From Escherichia phage KBNP1711, in the sequence record NC_023593.1: a stretch of DNA of 64,000 nucleotides; one strand, given 5' to 3'. A program made the translations under genes and the position numbers. The first letter of the stretch is position 1, and each line of letters starts with the position of its first letter. This document shows positions 10,077 to 20,727 of the stretch, piece after piece. The notes beneath the pieces are model-generated. The model did not search any database. It was not told where the DNA came from and worked only from the letters and a program-made list of their open reading frames with translations.

Positions 10077-12857
10077 ATGATCGTTTACAATAACCAAGCA
10101 CCTTCGGCTGTTAACAACGTTGGTCAGTTTGGTGCAACAGAAGGCTCTATCGGAGCCTATAAACAAGCTGCTGAATACGCAGCTGATGCTAAATATTGGG
10201 CACTATTAGCTGAGTCTAAATTTGGTACAGTTGATGACTTGATTGCTCAGGTTGAAATTCTGTACAAGCAAGGTGTTCTATTAAAAGAAGATATTGAAGA
10301 CTTAAAACAAGACTTCATTGCACAAGATGCTCGTTTGATGAACCTCATTGCTCAGACAAATGCAGCAGTTGCTGATGCTAATAACGCAGTTGCTCTGATT
10401 AATCAGAAGCTTGTAGAAGTTCAACGCCAGCTGGATATTCTGTTGGGTATGACAGTCACCGTTACAACCCTCCCTCCAGGTTCTGAGGCCACTGGTTCAT
10501 TTAACAACCAGACCGGTGAAATCAAACTTGGTATTCCTGAAGGTGAGAAAGGTGCAGATGGTTCTGTTACTGACCTATCTACTGCTCCTACCGGTACACC
10601 AGAATTGGGGGACATTGGTTTCTATGTTGACAAAGATGATAATACTGTTCACAAAACAACTCTCGAAGATATTGCCAACTTGATACCATCTGTTCGTTCT
10701 ATTTCTGTTAACGGAGGCCCTACACTTGACGGTGAAGTATCTCTTACGATCAACAAAGAAACTGTAGGTCTTGGTAATGTTTTGAACGTGGCTCAGTATA
10801 GTCGCCAAGAGATTAACGATAAGTTTGATAAAACAACTAAAACATACCAATCGAAAGCTGAAGCTGATTTAGATGCTCAATACCGACAGGTAGGGGAAAA
10901 GGTTTTGGTGTGGGACTCAACGAAGTATGAATTCTATACTGTTGCAGCGGATAAGACCCTCACTCCAGTTAAAACAGAAGGCCGTATCCTAACTGTTAAC
11001 TCTCGTGCTCCTGATTCAACAGGTAACATCGACATTACCATTCCAACAGGAAACCCATCTTTATATCTAGGTGAGATGGTGATGTTCCCTTATGACCCAG
11101 CTAAAACTGTTTCATACCCGGGAGTTCTTCCTGCGGACGGTCGTCTTGTTCCGAAAGCAAACGCAGTAGACCTTGGACCCTCTTTAGTCAGTGGTCAATT
11201 GCCTGTAGTTTCTGAAACAGAGTGGCAAGCTGGTGCTCGTCAATATTTTTCTTGGGGTAAATTGGCTGATGGTATTACTGATGCTGATTCTTCTAATTTT
11301 ATTAACATAAGACTTCCTGATTGGACAGGTGGCGAAGCTATTCGCTCCCCTGACTCTGATAAAGATGCTAACTACAAAGGTCGTGTTTTGTCTCAGGTTC
11401 CTTATATTGTTACAGTTAACGGTAAAGCTCCTGATGACGCTAACGGGAATGTGATTCTAACAGCAGCTAATGTTGGGGCAGCATCTTCAGGTGCTAACTC
11501 TGATATCACATCTCTTAGTGGACTGACTACTCCTCTCTCTGTTGCTCAGGGTGGTACGGGTGTCACCGATATCGGCTCGCTTCGTAGAGCGGCGTTGGTT
11601 CAGGGGGTTCTGTGTAATGATCAGATTAGCCCTCAATCTTATAACAGTTATAGATCTCCTAACGGGGAGTATGCTTTCAAAGTGGATAACTCGGGACTTG
11701 TTGCTTCTATTAATGCAGGGACAGAAGATGTTGTACCTTTTGCTATAGAATCAGGCGGTACGGGAGCAACCACATTAAATGATGCTCGAATCAATTTAAA
11801 TTTGGATAGGTTTTTACAGCCTAGCAATGAAACCACAGTTATGGCTCCTAGTAAATCTTCATATTTAACAATTTCAGACACCGCTTGGGGGGCTTATAGT
11901 TCTGATAACTTAGCATGGAGGGCTTTAGGGATAGGACAAGGTGGTACAGGAGCGACCACTGAGGTTGCTGCTCGTGTCAATCTGAAGGTGGATAAACTTG
12001 TTCAAAGTTCAACAGACACAAAACTTCTGGACGGTTCTGGAGAACACACCTTCTTTATTACAGATGCAGATTGGGGGTATTTCAATAACTCTGATTCTTC
12101 TAGAATAGCTTTGCCAGTAATAAGCGGTGGTACGGGGGGTAAAACACCAGCAGAAGGTTCTGAAAACTTAGGGGCAATGCATTATCAGTACGGTTCCTCA
12201 GTCTACTACGGTGGTGGTGATTTACCAACTGGTATTGGATTCTACAGCGGGGACACGTCACCTTTTCCGGGAGGTAATGGGGCACCCTTCACATATGCGG
12301 AGATAATGACTATTGCTGAAGGTGGTCGTGGAGGTAACTGGTCCCAAATAGGGTTCTCTACTATCACATATGAAGCCCCTCGCTACAGACAAAGGACTAG
12401 TGACCCTTCTTTAATCACAAACTGGCGTGACTTCTTAGTAAGAGATTTGAACACTACCGTAGATGTTAATGGTTTTGTTAAGATTGCATCACCTATAGTC
12501 AAACTAAAATCTGACGGGTCTTCTGAAGTCAATGACCAAGCCCAAGGAGTAACAACCGAAAGATTAGATGTTGGTGTTTATAAGATCTCTGGAGTTCTAG
12601 GTTTTAACTCAGACCCTTCTTGGGGAGGTAATGGTGGCGGTTTCTCTATCCCTCAAAACTCTAATGGTTTGCCTTTGTTATGGGTGGATTACGAAGTTGA
12701 TGAAGAAGGTGATATTACTCTGAAAACTTACCATCGAACTCACGAGGGAGTTCCTTCTTTTGCAAGTAATGTAATAGAAGGTGTGGTGGATGGAGAACCT
12801 ATTGACATTCCAGAAGGACGTTGGGTAGATCTTCGTGTAGAGATGCCAGCCGAGTAA
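10077..12857 (+). CDS. tail fibre protein with phage-fibre repeats
   Basis: Four repeats of '(S/Q)GGTG(A/V)T...AR(I/V)NL' and a collagen-like 'GEKGADG' segment. Confidence 0.7.
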   Translation: MIVYNNQAPSAVNNVGQFGATEGSIGAYKQAAEYAADAKYWALLAESKFGTVDDLIAQVEILYKQGVLLKEDIEDLKQDFIAQDARLMNLIAQTNAAVADANNAVALINQKLVEVQRQLDILLGMTVTVTTLPPGSEATGSFNNQTGEIKLGIPEGEKGADGSVTDLSTAPTGTPELGDIGFYVDKDDNTVHKTTLEDIANLIPSVRSISVNGGPTLDGEVSLTINKETVGLGNVLNVAQYSRQEINDKFDKTTKTYQSKAEADLDAQYRQVGEKVLVWDSTKYEFYTVAADKTLTPVKTEGRILTVNSRAPDSTGNIDITIPTGNPSLYLGEMVMFPYDPAKTVSYPGVLPADGRLVPKANAVDLGPSLVSGQLPVVSETEWQAGARQYFSWGKLADGITDADSSNFINIRLPDWTGGEAIRSPDSDKDANYKGRVLSQVPYIVTVNGKAPDDANGNVILTAANVGAASSGANSDITSLSGLTTPLSVAQGGTGVTDIGSLRRAALVQGVLCNDQISPQSYNSYRSPNGEYAFKVDNSGLVASINAGTEDVVPFAIESGGTGATTLNDARINLNLDRFLQPSNETTVMAPSKSSYLTISDTAWGAYSSDNLAWRALGIGQGGTGATTEVAARVNLKVDKLVQSSTDTKLLDGSGEHTFFITDADWGYFNNSDSSRIALPVISGGTGGKTPAEGSENLGAMHYQYGSSVYYGGGDLPTGIGFYSGDTSPFPGGNGAPFTYAEIMTIAEGGRGGNWSQIGFSTITYEAPRYRQRTSDPSLITNWRDFLVRDLNTTVDVNGFVKIASPIVKLKSDGSSEVNDQAQGVTTERLDVGVYKISGVLGFNSDPSWGGNGGGFSIPQNSNGLPLLWVDYEVDEEGDITLKTYHRTHEGVPSFASNVIEGVVDGEPIDIPEGRWVDLRVEMPAE

Positions 12858-12866
12858 ATAATATAT

Positions 12867-12882
12867 GCTCCCTTCGGGGAGC
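12867..12882 (+). other. intergenic hairpin (possible attenuator/terminator)
   Basis: 'gctccc ttcg gggagc' between the two fibre genes; weak T-tract. Confidence 0.3.
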
Positions 12883-12897
12883 TTTAAGGAGATTTTA

Positions 12898-15024
12898 ATG
12901 TCTAGAGAATTAATGCCCAAATCTGGCATAATGATGCCTCATGTTGTAATTAACCGAGATGCTGCGGTAGTGGGTGTTTCCACTATTGACGGTATTGCTG
13001 GTGCTGTAGATTTAACAGGAAAGTATCTACAGAAAACTGATGCTGCTGATACATACCTAACTAAAACAGATGGAGCTACTAAAACTTTTGTAACTGATGC
13101 AATAGGCCCTATCATGTCTGGTGCTTTGTTTAAAGACGACCCTGTTGTTGCAAACGATGTAGCTTTCCGTTCAGGTGGGGCCAATGGTGTAGAATCTGTT
13201 GATATGATCAAAGTCACTCCGGAGAATACTATCAAGTTAGGTAGTTATGCTTCTTCCGTTCAGGGTGTAGAGATTCACTCAGCTGGTCGTCTTCAGGTTG
13301 TTGATCAAAACGACAGTGGTATAGAAACTAAATACCCTGTGTACTCTAAGCGCTATCGTCCTGAGATTGAAGATTTACCTTTTGCTGCAATTGGTTCTTA
13401 TGTTAAGGATTCAAAAGGTCGTACTGTTGGTGTAACCCGTACCGGTATCAACTCTGATATCAAACAACTTACACAGAAAGTCACTTTTACTCAACCTGTA
13501 ACCGTAGCCGATGCTGTAGGCGATTATGATGCAGTGACACTGAGACAGCTTAAGAATCAGGGTGGTGGTTCTGGTGGTCCTACCATGAGTGGTATTTCTA
13601 ACTTTGGTATTGGTGATTTTCACCTACGTGACAGTCGTGCTTTCATCCCCGCTTTTGAGGTAGTCTCTGACGGGCAGCTTTTGAATCGCGCTGACTACCC
13701 TGATTTATGGGCTTATGCTCAACTCTTAACTCCAATCAGTGACTCCCTTTGGTTAGAAGACCCTTACCAGAGAGGTAGGTATTCCACAGGGGACGGCTCC
13801 ACCACTTTCCGTGTTCCAGACCGAAACGGTATTCAGCCTAATTCCCTTCCGGCTCTTTATGGACGAGGTGATGGTGGTGCTTCCGCAGCTAATGGTCAAG
13901 TGTTTGATTCTGCAGCCCCTGACATTATTGGCTCTGTTGCAGCATATTCTGCTGGAACTTATGCCCAGCTTTTTGGAGTAGCTGCCAATGCATTTGAATC
14001 TAGCAATGCCTTCTTTCCTCAAGGTACAGGGGATACAATACCTCCGGGGTCTGGGCCAGTCGATGGTCGATATAACACTATTGAGTTTAAGGCTTCCAGA
14101 TATAATGGAGTTTATGGTCGTAGTAACACAGAAATCATGGGTCGTAACTTTGTCGGTGTGTGGACTATCCGTGCTCATGGTGGATTCACTGCTGCTAATA
14201 CTTCTTGGTCTGTTATTAACAGTGACACTGTTTTGCCAAACACTGGAACTTCTATTAACGGTGGCTCTATTATATCTGAGTACAAAGTGGGCACAAATGT
14301 TGAAGGTTCTGCTTCGTTCAAAATGGCCGGTGCAGTTGGGGCTGCCTATTCTGCTCGTATTACAGTTTCCAATAAAACTTCAGGATCTAGTAAAACTTTT
14401 GATTTTTTAAGCGATGGAGACCTAAGCGTTCCAGGAAGCTTGCTTACTCTAGAAGGCAATGTCGACGCTAAAAGTCAACTGATATCTCGAGGTGGTCGGA
14501 TAGTTCTTGTAGGTAATAATGATCAAAGCCAATCTTTTATTGAATTTAACAGCAACAATGGTTATACTGTGTACGGAAGATTTTACTCAGAACGTGATGG
14601 TGACATTACCCTATCAACATCTACAGCCGGAGCTAATCAAAAATATTTTCAATTTCTCAAGGATGGAAGTGCTACAAGCTCCGGAGGGTGGATCAATTCT
14701 TCTGATATCAGAATTAAAGAGAATATCGAACCTATTAAAAACCCACTAGACAAAATGAGGAACATTAAAGGTGTTTCTTGGAAACTTAAAAATGGAGGGA
14801 AGGTAGGATTTGGTTTTATAGCGCAAGACGTCGAAGTAGATTTCCCTGATGCGATTTCTGTTTCGGGTGATATGGAGATGGCAGACGGGTCTTTAGTGAA
14901 GGATGTGAAGTCTGTTAATACCTATGGTGTTGCAGCTGCTTTACACCACGAAGCTATTCTTGAACTTATGAAGCAGGTTGAAGACCTCAAGAAAGAGGTG
15001 TCAGAGCTTAAGTCTAGTAAGTAA
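12898..15024 (+). CDS. tail fibre/tailspike with C-terminal intramolecular chaperone (peptidase S74-like) domain
   Basis: C-terminal 'NSSDIRIKENIEPI...GFIAQDVE' motif; AAGGAG RBS before ATG 12898 (track ORF starts 12865). Confidence 0.7.
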   Translation: MSRELMPKSGIMMPHVVINRDAAVVGVSTIDGIAGAVDLTGKYLQKTDAADTYLTKTDGATKTFVTDAIGPIMSGALFKDDPVVANDVAFRSGGANGVESVDMIKVTPENTIKLGSYASSVQGVEIHSAGRLQVVDQNDSGIETKYPVYSKRYRPEIEDLPFAAIGSYVKDSKGRTVGVTRTGINSDIKQLTQKVTFTQPVTVADAVGDYDAVTLRQLKNQGGGSGGPTMSGISNFGIGDFHLRDSRAFIPAFEVVSDGQLLNRADYPDLWAYAQLLTPISDSLWLEDPYQRGRYSTGDGSTTFRVPDRNGIQPNSLPALYGRGDGGASAANGQVFDSAAPDIIGSVAAYSAGTYAQLFGVAANAFESSNAFFPQGTGDTIPPGSGPVDGRYNTIEFKASRYNGVYGRSNTEIMGRNFVGVWTIRAHGGFTAANTSWSVINSDTVLPNTGTSINGGSIISEYKVGTNVEGSASFKMAGAVGAAYSARITVSNKTSGSSKTFDFLSDGDLSVPGSLLTLEGNVDAKSQLISRGGRIVLVGNNDQSQSFIEFNSNNGYTVYGRFYSERDGDITLSTSTAGANQKYFQFLKDGSATSSGGWINSSDIRIKENIEPIKNPLDKMRNIKGVSWKLKNGGKVGFGFIAQDVEVDFPDAISVSGDMEMADGSLVKDVKSVNTYGVAAALHHEAILELMKQVEDLKKEVSELKSSK

Positions 15025-15030
15025 TCTAGT

Positions 15031-15050
15031 AGCCCCTTCGGGGGCTTTAG
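15031..15050 (+). terminator. terminator-like hairpin
   Basis: 'agcccc ttcg ggggct' followed by TTT. Confidence 0.45.
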
Positions 15051-15120
15051 TAGTGAGTATGTTCAAGAAGTAATGAAACTACTATATCACAAAAGGAATA
15101 CACATAGGAGATACGAAGAG

Positions 15121-15339
15121 ATGAAAATGATGAAACAAATCAGTTATGGGTTAGCTTGTGTTGCTACCGGTTTTGCTGTGTCAGTGGCTGTTCCTGTTAA
15201 CGCTGTGCATCCTCTGGTAACACAACCTGCACCTGTTGAGAAATTGAGTGCATCATGCAAGCAGCGTACAATTCAAAATAATCTTGTGGTTATTTGTCCG
15301 GACTCTGATTCTAGTGCTCTGAGAAATATGCTTCAGTAA
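15121..15339 (+). CDS. small membrane protein, possible holin
   Basis: One N-terminal hydrophobic segment; directly upstream of lysozyme; AGGAG RBS. Confidence 0.3.
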   Translation: MKMMKQISYGLACVATGFAVSVAVPVNAVHPLVTQPAPVEKLSASCKQRTIQNNLVVICPDSDSSALRNMLQ

Positions 15340-15369
15340 TTCAGGGCTGACTAGAAAGGGAGGTGAAAA

Positions 15370-15861
15370 ATGGATAATGTCGCATTGCCACCGATACAAC
15401 TGAGCTTAAGCCCAGAAGGGATGGAATTCATCATGAAGCATGAAGGTATGAGAACTCGTGCTTACCAAGATTCCGCAGGTATCTGGACGATATGTGTTGG
15501 GGCTACGCGCGATATGAATGGGTATCCAGTTAGACAGGGATTAACGTATTCTATAGAGGATTGTCTAGCTCTGCTAGATAGAGACACACAAGACTCTGTT
15601 CGTGCCACTCAGAAAAATATTAGGGTTCCTTTGTTAACCCACGAGTTTGATGCTCTCACCTCTTTCAACTTCAACGTTGGTGGTGGAGCTTTATCAACTT
15701 CTAAACTTAGGAAAGTTATTAACGGGGATGTGAAGGGTGATGTTTATTCTGAGTTCCTCCGTTGGGATAAAATTACAGTTAAAGGTAAGAAGATTAGTAG
15801 TCCGGGGTTGAAGAATCGTAGAACTGCTGAAGCTGATCTTTACACTGAAGGTAAATACTAA
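15370..15861 (+). CDS. lysozyme (T4 lysozyme-like glycoside hydrolase)
   Basis: 'EGMRTRAYQDSAGIWTICVGAT' matches the phage lysozyme catalytic E/D/T region. Confidence 0.75.
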   Translation: MDNVALPPIQLSLSPEGMEFIMKHEGMRTRAYQDSAGIWTICVGATRDMNGYPVRQGLTYSIEDCLALLDRDTQDSVRATQKNIRVPLLTHEFDALTSFNFNVGGGALSTSKLRKVINGDVKGDVYSEFLRWDKITVKGKKISSPGLKNRRTAEADLYTEGKY

Positions 15862-15872
15862 AAGGAGTTGTC

Positions 15873-16676
15873 ATGGCAGTAGAAACTAATGCTAACACAA
15901 TTAATGACCTCAACCCCCTGTACCCTCGTGACAGGGATTATCTTTACGAAGGGGCGGCTCAGATTCGCCTTGTTAAACAAGTATTGCAGAATACTTTTCC
16001 AAACGTAACAGAGCCAGTTCAGTTGGACTCAGATTCTCTCAATATTCTGGCTAGCAAAGTTACCTTTACTGGTGACTCTATGGATGTTGGTGGGTTGATG
16101 ATCAAGAATGCCACTCCGGGCACAGGTGATAGAGATGTTGTTACTAAAGGCCAGATGGAAGCTTTCATGCAGAACTGGATGGCTAACAAAGTATTCAGAA
16201 TTGGTTCTTACTATATCACTGAAGAAGATATTAACCCTGGTGATAGTTCTTCTCTTGGTTTTGGCTCTTGGGCTAAAGTGACTGGCGTTATCATGGGTTC
16301 TGGTGTAGTAAACCCTGATGGTTCTGTTCCTAATGCTCAGCGTGTTGAATTCCAAGCAGGTGGTACAGGTGGTCGTGTGTTTAACACTGTCCGTTCTGAT
16401 AACCTACCTCTTGTAACTATTAACGGTTCAAGCTTCTCAGTGTCTAGTAACACACACAGTCATAACATGGTGTTTGGTCGTGGTGACGCAAGTGGTCATA
16501 ACAGTTCCCCTAACTGGTATAGTCCGGGTGGTGGTTATAATCAGAGAACTGAAAATGATACACACTCTCACACAATCTCTGGTTCTGTATCTTTTGGTCG
16601 TGATGATGTTTCTCGTCAACCAATCAATACTTTACCACCTTTCCGATCTGCACACATCTGGAGACGTATTAGCTAA
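15873..16676 (+). CDS. tail fibre-like protein with HxH motifs
   Basis: Repeated 'THSH' motifs as in fibre tips; tail-gene context. Confidence 0.45.
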   Translation: MAVETNANTINDLNPLYPRDRDYLYEGAAQIRLVKQVLQNTFPNVTEPVQLDSDSLNILASKVTFTGDSMDVGGLMIKNATPGTGDRDVVTKGQMEAFMQNWMANKVFRIGSYYITEEDINPGDSSSLGFGSWAKVTGVIMGSGVVNPDGSVPNAQRVEFQAGGTGGRVFNTVRSDNLPLVTINGSSFSVSSNTHSHNMVFGRGDASGHNSSPNWYSPGGGYNQRTENDTHSHTISGSVSFGRDDVSRQPINTLPPFRSAHIWRRIS

Positions 16677-16685
16677 GGAGGAATT

Positions 16686-19600
16686 ATGGCGTTATACCCT
16701 ATAAAATCACTTGGGGCTATCGGTGTTATCGCTGATCAGGCACCAACTGATTTAGCACCTAACGCTTTCACCAACGCTATGAACGCTCGGTTTGTTGAGC
16801 AGAGAGTTTTTAAGACGGGGGGCAATGCCCCTCTTTCTTACGTGGAAGAAGACAAAGATCTGACTCCACTCTCTTTTGTCTCCATGCCTTTCGATTATTA
16901 TAGCGCAGGAAATAGCTTCCTTGTAGTAGGTACAGATAAGAAGTTATATAAACTGACAGATGAAAGCTTAACCGATATCAGTCGTAAAGTTGCTACGGTA
17001 ACTAAGAAAGCTTCTGCTATCATAAAGATCTATCCAGTGGTCTCAAGGATTGTTCCTAAAGAGAGCACTGTCACAATGAACTTTAACCAGACAAAAGAGT
17101 TAGAAGTTCAGGTTTTTCCAGAGGATGCTAATAATGCCAATCTGACTTGGGAAGTAAGTAACCCTTCTTATGCCAGTATTGCAGTAAATCCTACAGATTC
17201 TAAAAAAGCCACCCTTACTACGTTGTCTACAGAAGGAACACTGTCCATTACTGTTTCCACTGAAGATGAATCTGTGACAGCTCAAATCTCCGTTAACATT
17301 GTTGATGGGGATACGGGTATCTTCTTGAGTCAAGACACAATCACAATTCGAAGAGGTGGTACAACAACTCTTACTGCTATCTCAGGTAAGACTCCTATCA
17401 CTTGGATTAGTAGCAATGGTGGTGCTTTGTCTGTGACACCTAATGCCAATACACTAACTACTGTTCTCAATGCCATGGGAGAAGGAACTTTTACTGTTAC
17501 AGCTGATAATGGCTCTAAGTCTGCTACCTGTACAGTTAATGTGATACCTCAGATTGATTCTATTTCTCTGAGTCAGACAGATGTTCAGATGGATAGAGGG
17601 ACTCAGTATGTTCTAACTGCAACAGTCAATCCTGCTGATGCTCCTAATAAAGCAATCACTTGGACTTCCTCTAATCCTAATATTGCTACAGTATCAGGGA
17701 CAAGTACAGAGGCTACAATTACTGGACTTCTGGCTGGGTTTACAGAGATTACAGCAGTAACAGAGGAAGGTAGTCGTTCAGCTGTTTGTACTGTTCGTGT
17801 CAACCTAGCAGGTAGAATGCTAAATACCAGAAGTCTAGCGATGGCTGCTAGTGCACCTCTAGTAGAAGAGTTCAAAGAGGAAGAAGAACCAGTTGTACAG
17901 AATGAAGAAGTTGTTTACTTCATGTCTGACTCTATGGGAATTGATACCTCTGGCATGGCTGAAGGCAACAACTTCTTTGACTACTCTAACGTATTCGATA
18001 TGGAAGGTTTTGCTCGTGCTGCGGAGAACTCAAGAGCTGTTCCTCTGACAAATGTGACATTAGATATTGTTGAAGCTTCTCTAGATGTAGGTGAAGAGAT
18101 TGTCATAACTGCTACAGCAGCTCCAGAAGGAGATTACTCTTATCAGTGGGTTGTTGATAAAAGTGGTTATGTTTCTACTACCTCTACAACTGGTAGGTCT
18201 TTGAAACTTACAGCTGTTCGTAAAGGCGAGATTAAAGTTACATGTACGGCGAGTCAGATGACTCAAAGAGATTACGATGCTTTTGATGATTACCCTTGGT
18301 ATCATGCAGTAATCTCTAACTGTGCAGTAGCGACAACTCACTATGAAACTCCTCAGGTTAAAGAATTCGAATCTGAATACTTTACAGACCTTCCGGGATG
18401 GGGTGAACAGACAGTTGTTGATGGTGACGGAAACCCTTCTGTTCGTAAATTTAACTGGAAGTGCGAAAGGGTTAGAGCTTTTAACAACAGGCTATTTGCT
18501 CTGAATATGAGAGAATCTAATGCCTCTGGTGTTACCACTCATTATCCTTTACGTCTTCGCTGGTCTAACTTTGCGAATGAGAACAAGGCTCCTACTTTGT
18601 GGGATGATTATGCTTACGACCGACTGACAACTTCTGATCTTTCAGCGAACATTGTTGGACAGACTGAAGCTCTTGAGAATGGTTATGCAGGATATATTGA
18701 TCTGGCTGACTCTAATGGTAGTTTGATTGATGTTCTCCCTTTGAAAGATTACTTATTTGTTTACACCGAGTTTGAAACCTACATTGGTTCTCCTACTAAC
18801 AACACATACCAGCCTCTGATGTTTAAGAAGCTGTTTAATGATTCAGGTATTCTTGCTCCTGAGTGTGTGGTTGAAGTAGAGGGTGGTCACTTTGTTGTAA
18901 CCCAGAACGATGTGATTCTTCATAACGGTGCATCTAAGAAATCTATTGCATCTAACCGTGTCAAGAACATGCTCATTAATGAAGTGTGTTTGGTAAACCC
19001 TCTAGCGACTAGAGTTCACTTGCACCAAGATAAGAAAGAGGTTTGGGTCATGTATGTTGGGCCGGGAGAGCCGAAAGAAAGTTTTGCTTGTACAAAGGCT
19101 GCGGTCTGGAATTACGAGTTTGACACTTGGTCTTTCCGTACTATCCCTTATGCTCAGTGTATTGGTCTTGTAGATCCTCCTGTTCTCGAAAGAGGTCCAG
19201 TGTGGACTGACTTCCAAACTATCACTTGGGATGACCCTGCTATTGATAAGCTGGTGTGGAGAAAGGATGCAACTAACTTCCGTCAGAGAATTACTATCGT
19301 AGGCTCTTTCTTAAGGGGTTTCTATCAAGTAGATGTTGGTGCTTTGGATTATTTCTATGACAGAGCGAATGACAAAATAATAGAGCGTCCTCTGGAAATG
19401 AGGTTAGAGAGAACGGGGATTGATTTTGATAACGTTACTAACGAATGGAATCAAAAACATATCAACCGATTCAGACCTCAGACTACAGGTTCTGGTACGT
19501 ATATCTTTGAAGCTGGAGGTAGTCAATTCTCTAATGAGTATGGTCACAACCACACAACTAAGAGTTATACGATTGGAGTTGATAGGCACGTAGCTGTGAG

Positions 19601-19706
19601 ACTGAACCATCCATACCTATTCTATAATGTTATAGATAATGATGTTAACAGTAACGCAGCCATAAATGGGCTGACAATAGAGTTTAATGTTGGCGGTCGA
19701 AGATAA
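16686..19706 (+). CDS. large virion protein with three Ig-like (Big_2-like) domains
   Basis: Three ~80-aa repeats with 'TLT...V.P..A....W.SSN...A.V' pattern. Confidence 0.6.
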   Translation: MALYPIKSLGAIGVIADQAPTDLAPNAFTNAMNARFVEQRVFKTGGNAPLSYVEEDKDLTPLSFVSMPFDYYSAGNSFLVVGTDKKLYKLTDESLTDISRKVATVTKKASAIIKIYPVVSRIVPKESTVTMNFNQTKELEVQVFPEDANNANLTWEVSNPSYASIAVNPTDSKKATLTTLSTEGTLSITVSTEDESVTAQISVNIVDGDTGIFLSQDTITIRRGGTTTLTAISGKTPITWISSNGGALSVTPNANTLTTVLNAMGEGTFTVTADNGSKSATCTVNVIPQIDSISLSQTDVQMDRGTQYVLTATVNPADAPNKAITWTSSNPNIATVSGTSTEATITGLLAGFTEITAVTEEGSRSAVCTVRVNLAGRMLNTRSLAMAASAPLVEEFKEEEEPVVQNEEVVYFMSDSMGIDTSGMAEGNNFFDYSNVFDMEGFARAAENSRAVPLTNVTLDIVEASLDVGEEIVITATAAPEGDYSYQWVVDKSGYVSTTSTTGRSLKLTAVRKGEIKVTCTASQMTQRDYDAFDDYPWYHAVISNCAVATTHYETPQVKEFESEYFTDLPGWGEQTVVDGDGNPSVRKFNWKCERVRAFNNRLFALNMRESNASGVTTHYPLRLRWSNFANENKAPTLWDDYAYDRLTTSDLSANIVGQTEALENGYAGYIDLADSNGSLIDVLPLKDYLFVYTEFETYIGSPTNNTYQPLMFKKLFNDSGILAPECVVEVEGGHFVVTQNDVILHNGASKKSIASNRVKNMLINEVCLVNPLATRVHLHQDKKEVWVMYVGPGEPKESFACTKAAVWNYEFDTWSFRTIPYAQCIGLVDPPVLERGPVWTDFQTITWDDPAIDKLVWRKDATNFRQRITIVGSFLRGFYQVDVGALDYFYDRANDKIIERPLEMRLERTGIDFDNVTNEWNQKHINRFRPQTTGSGTYIFEAGGSQFSNEYGHNHTTKSYTIGVDRHVAVRLNHPYLFYNVIDNDVNSNAAINGLTIEFNVGGRR

Positions 19707-19712
19707 CAACTA

Positions 19713-19740
19713 AGGGGCTTCGGCCCCTTTTCTTGTTTTT
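19713..19740 (+). terminator. rho-independent terminator
   Basis: 'aggggc ttcg gcccct' hairpin followed by 'tttcttgttttt'. Confidence 0.55.
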
Positions 19741-19757
19741 AAACTTTGGAGGTACTT

Positions 19758-20726
19758 ATGGGTGCTGGAGGTTTTCGTAAGAATACTGGACGCAACAACA
19801 CCACACTTCCCTATAATGTTGGGTTTCTTAATAGGGTAGAGGATACAGAAACATATAACACCGCTGTCTATGATGAATTACAGAAAGTCAGTACAGCAAC
19901 TAACCAAATGTTCCAAGCAATCGACGAGATTCATGATGAGATTGATGTTCGTATCAAAGCTCTTAATGCTATGAACCTCCAGTTTGATGAGCTTGAGAAT
20001 AGAATTACTACAGAGATTGAAACAGCTATTGCAGATATTATCACACAGATGGGTAATTTATCTACTGAAGATATTTGGGATAATTCAACCGTTCCTCCTA
20101 CTAAACTGGATGGTACGGTAGCTGGTATTAAAACTAGCATTGAAGGGAATGATGTAAAGATTCAAACTGTTCAGGGGATTGTTAATGAGCAGGGAGAGGA
20201 GATTGCTTTAGTTCAAACAGAACTTTCTAACATTAATAGCAGTCTTTCTCAGTATATGAAGCTCACGGACTACGAAGCTACTTGGGGTGTTAATTCTAAT
20301 GTTAATGGTCGATACGCTGGAGTTAAATTAACTAACAACGGAACGAACAGTGCTTTCCAAGTGACTGCTCAGAAGTTTATTGTCGGTGATGGTAGCTCTG
20401 GTAACACCCCTTTCGTCTTTGAGAATGGTAGGGCTAGAATGGAGTTCGCTGATATAAAGAATGTCAATATCACAACTGCCATGATTGCTAATGCTCGTAT
20501 TCAGTTTGCTCAGATTGATAACGTGTGGATTACTGACGGTCAGATTGCTAACCTTACTGCTAACAAGATTACTGCTGGTTCTATGAGTGGTTCTAATTGG
20601 AGACTTACAGTAGGTGGGGATTTTGTGATGGGTGGTACAGGTGGTTCTCAATTGTGGATGAATGGTAATAGAATAGATTTTTATGATGGGAGTGGGACTC
20701 TTCGCATAAGAATAGGGAGTTGGTAA
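19758..20726 (+). CDS. virion structural protein
   Basis: GGAGG RBS before ATG 19758 (track ORF starts 19746); structural context. Confidence 0.45.
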   Translation: MGAGGFRKNTGRNNTTLPYNVGFLNRVEDTETYNTAVYDELQKVSTATNQMFQAIDEIHDEIDVRIKALNAMNLQFDELENRITTEIETAIADIITQMGNLSTEDIWDNSTVPPTKLDGTVAGIKTSIEGNDVKIQTVQGIVNEQGEEIALVQTELSNINSSLSQYMKLTDYEATWGVNSNVNGRYAGVKLTNNGTNSAFQVTAQKFIVGDGSSGNTPFVFENGRARMEFADIKNVNITTAMIANARIQFAQIDNVWITDGQIANLTANKITAGSMSGSNWRLTVGGDFVMGGTGGSQLWMNGNRIDFYDGSGTLRIRIGSW

Positions 20727-20727
20727 T

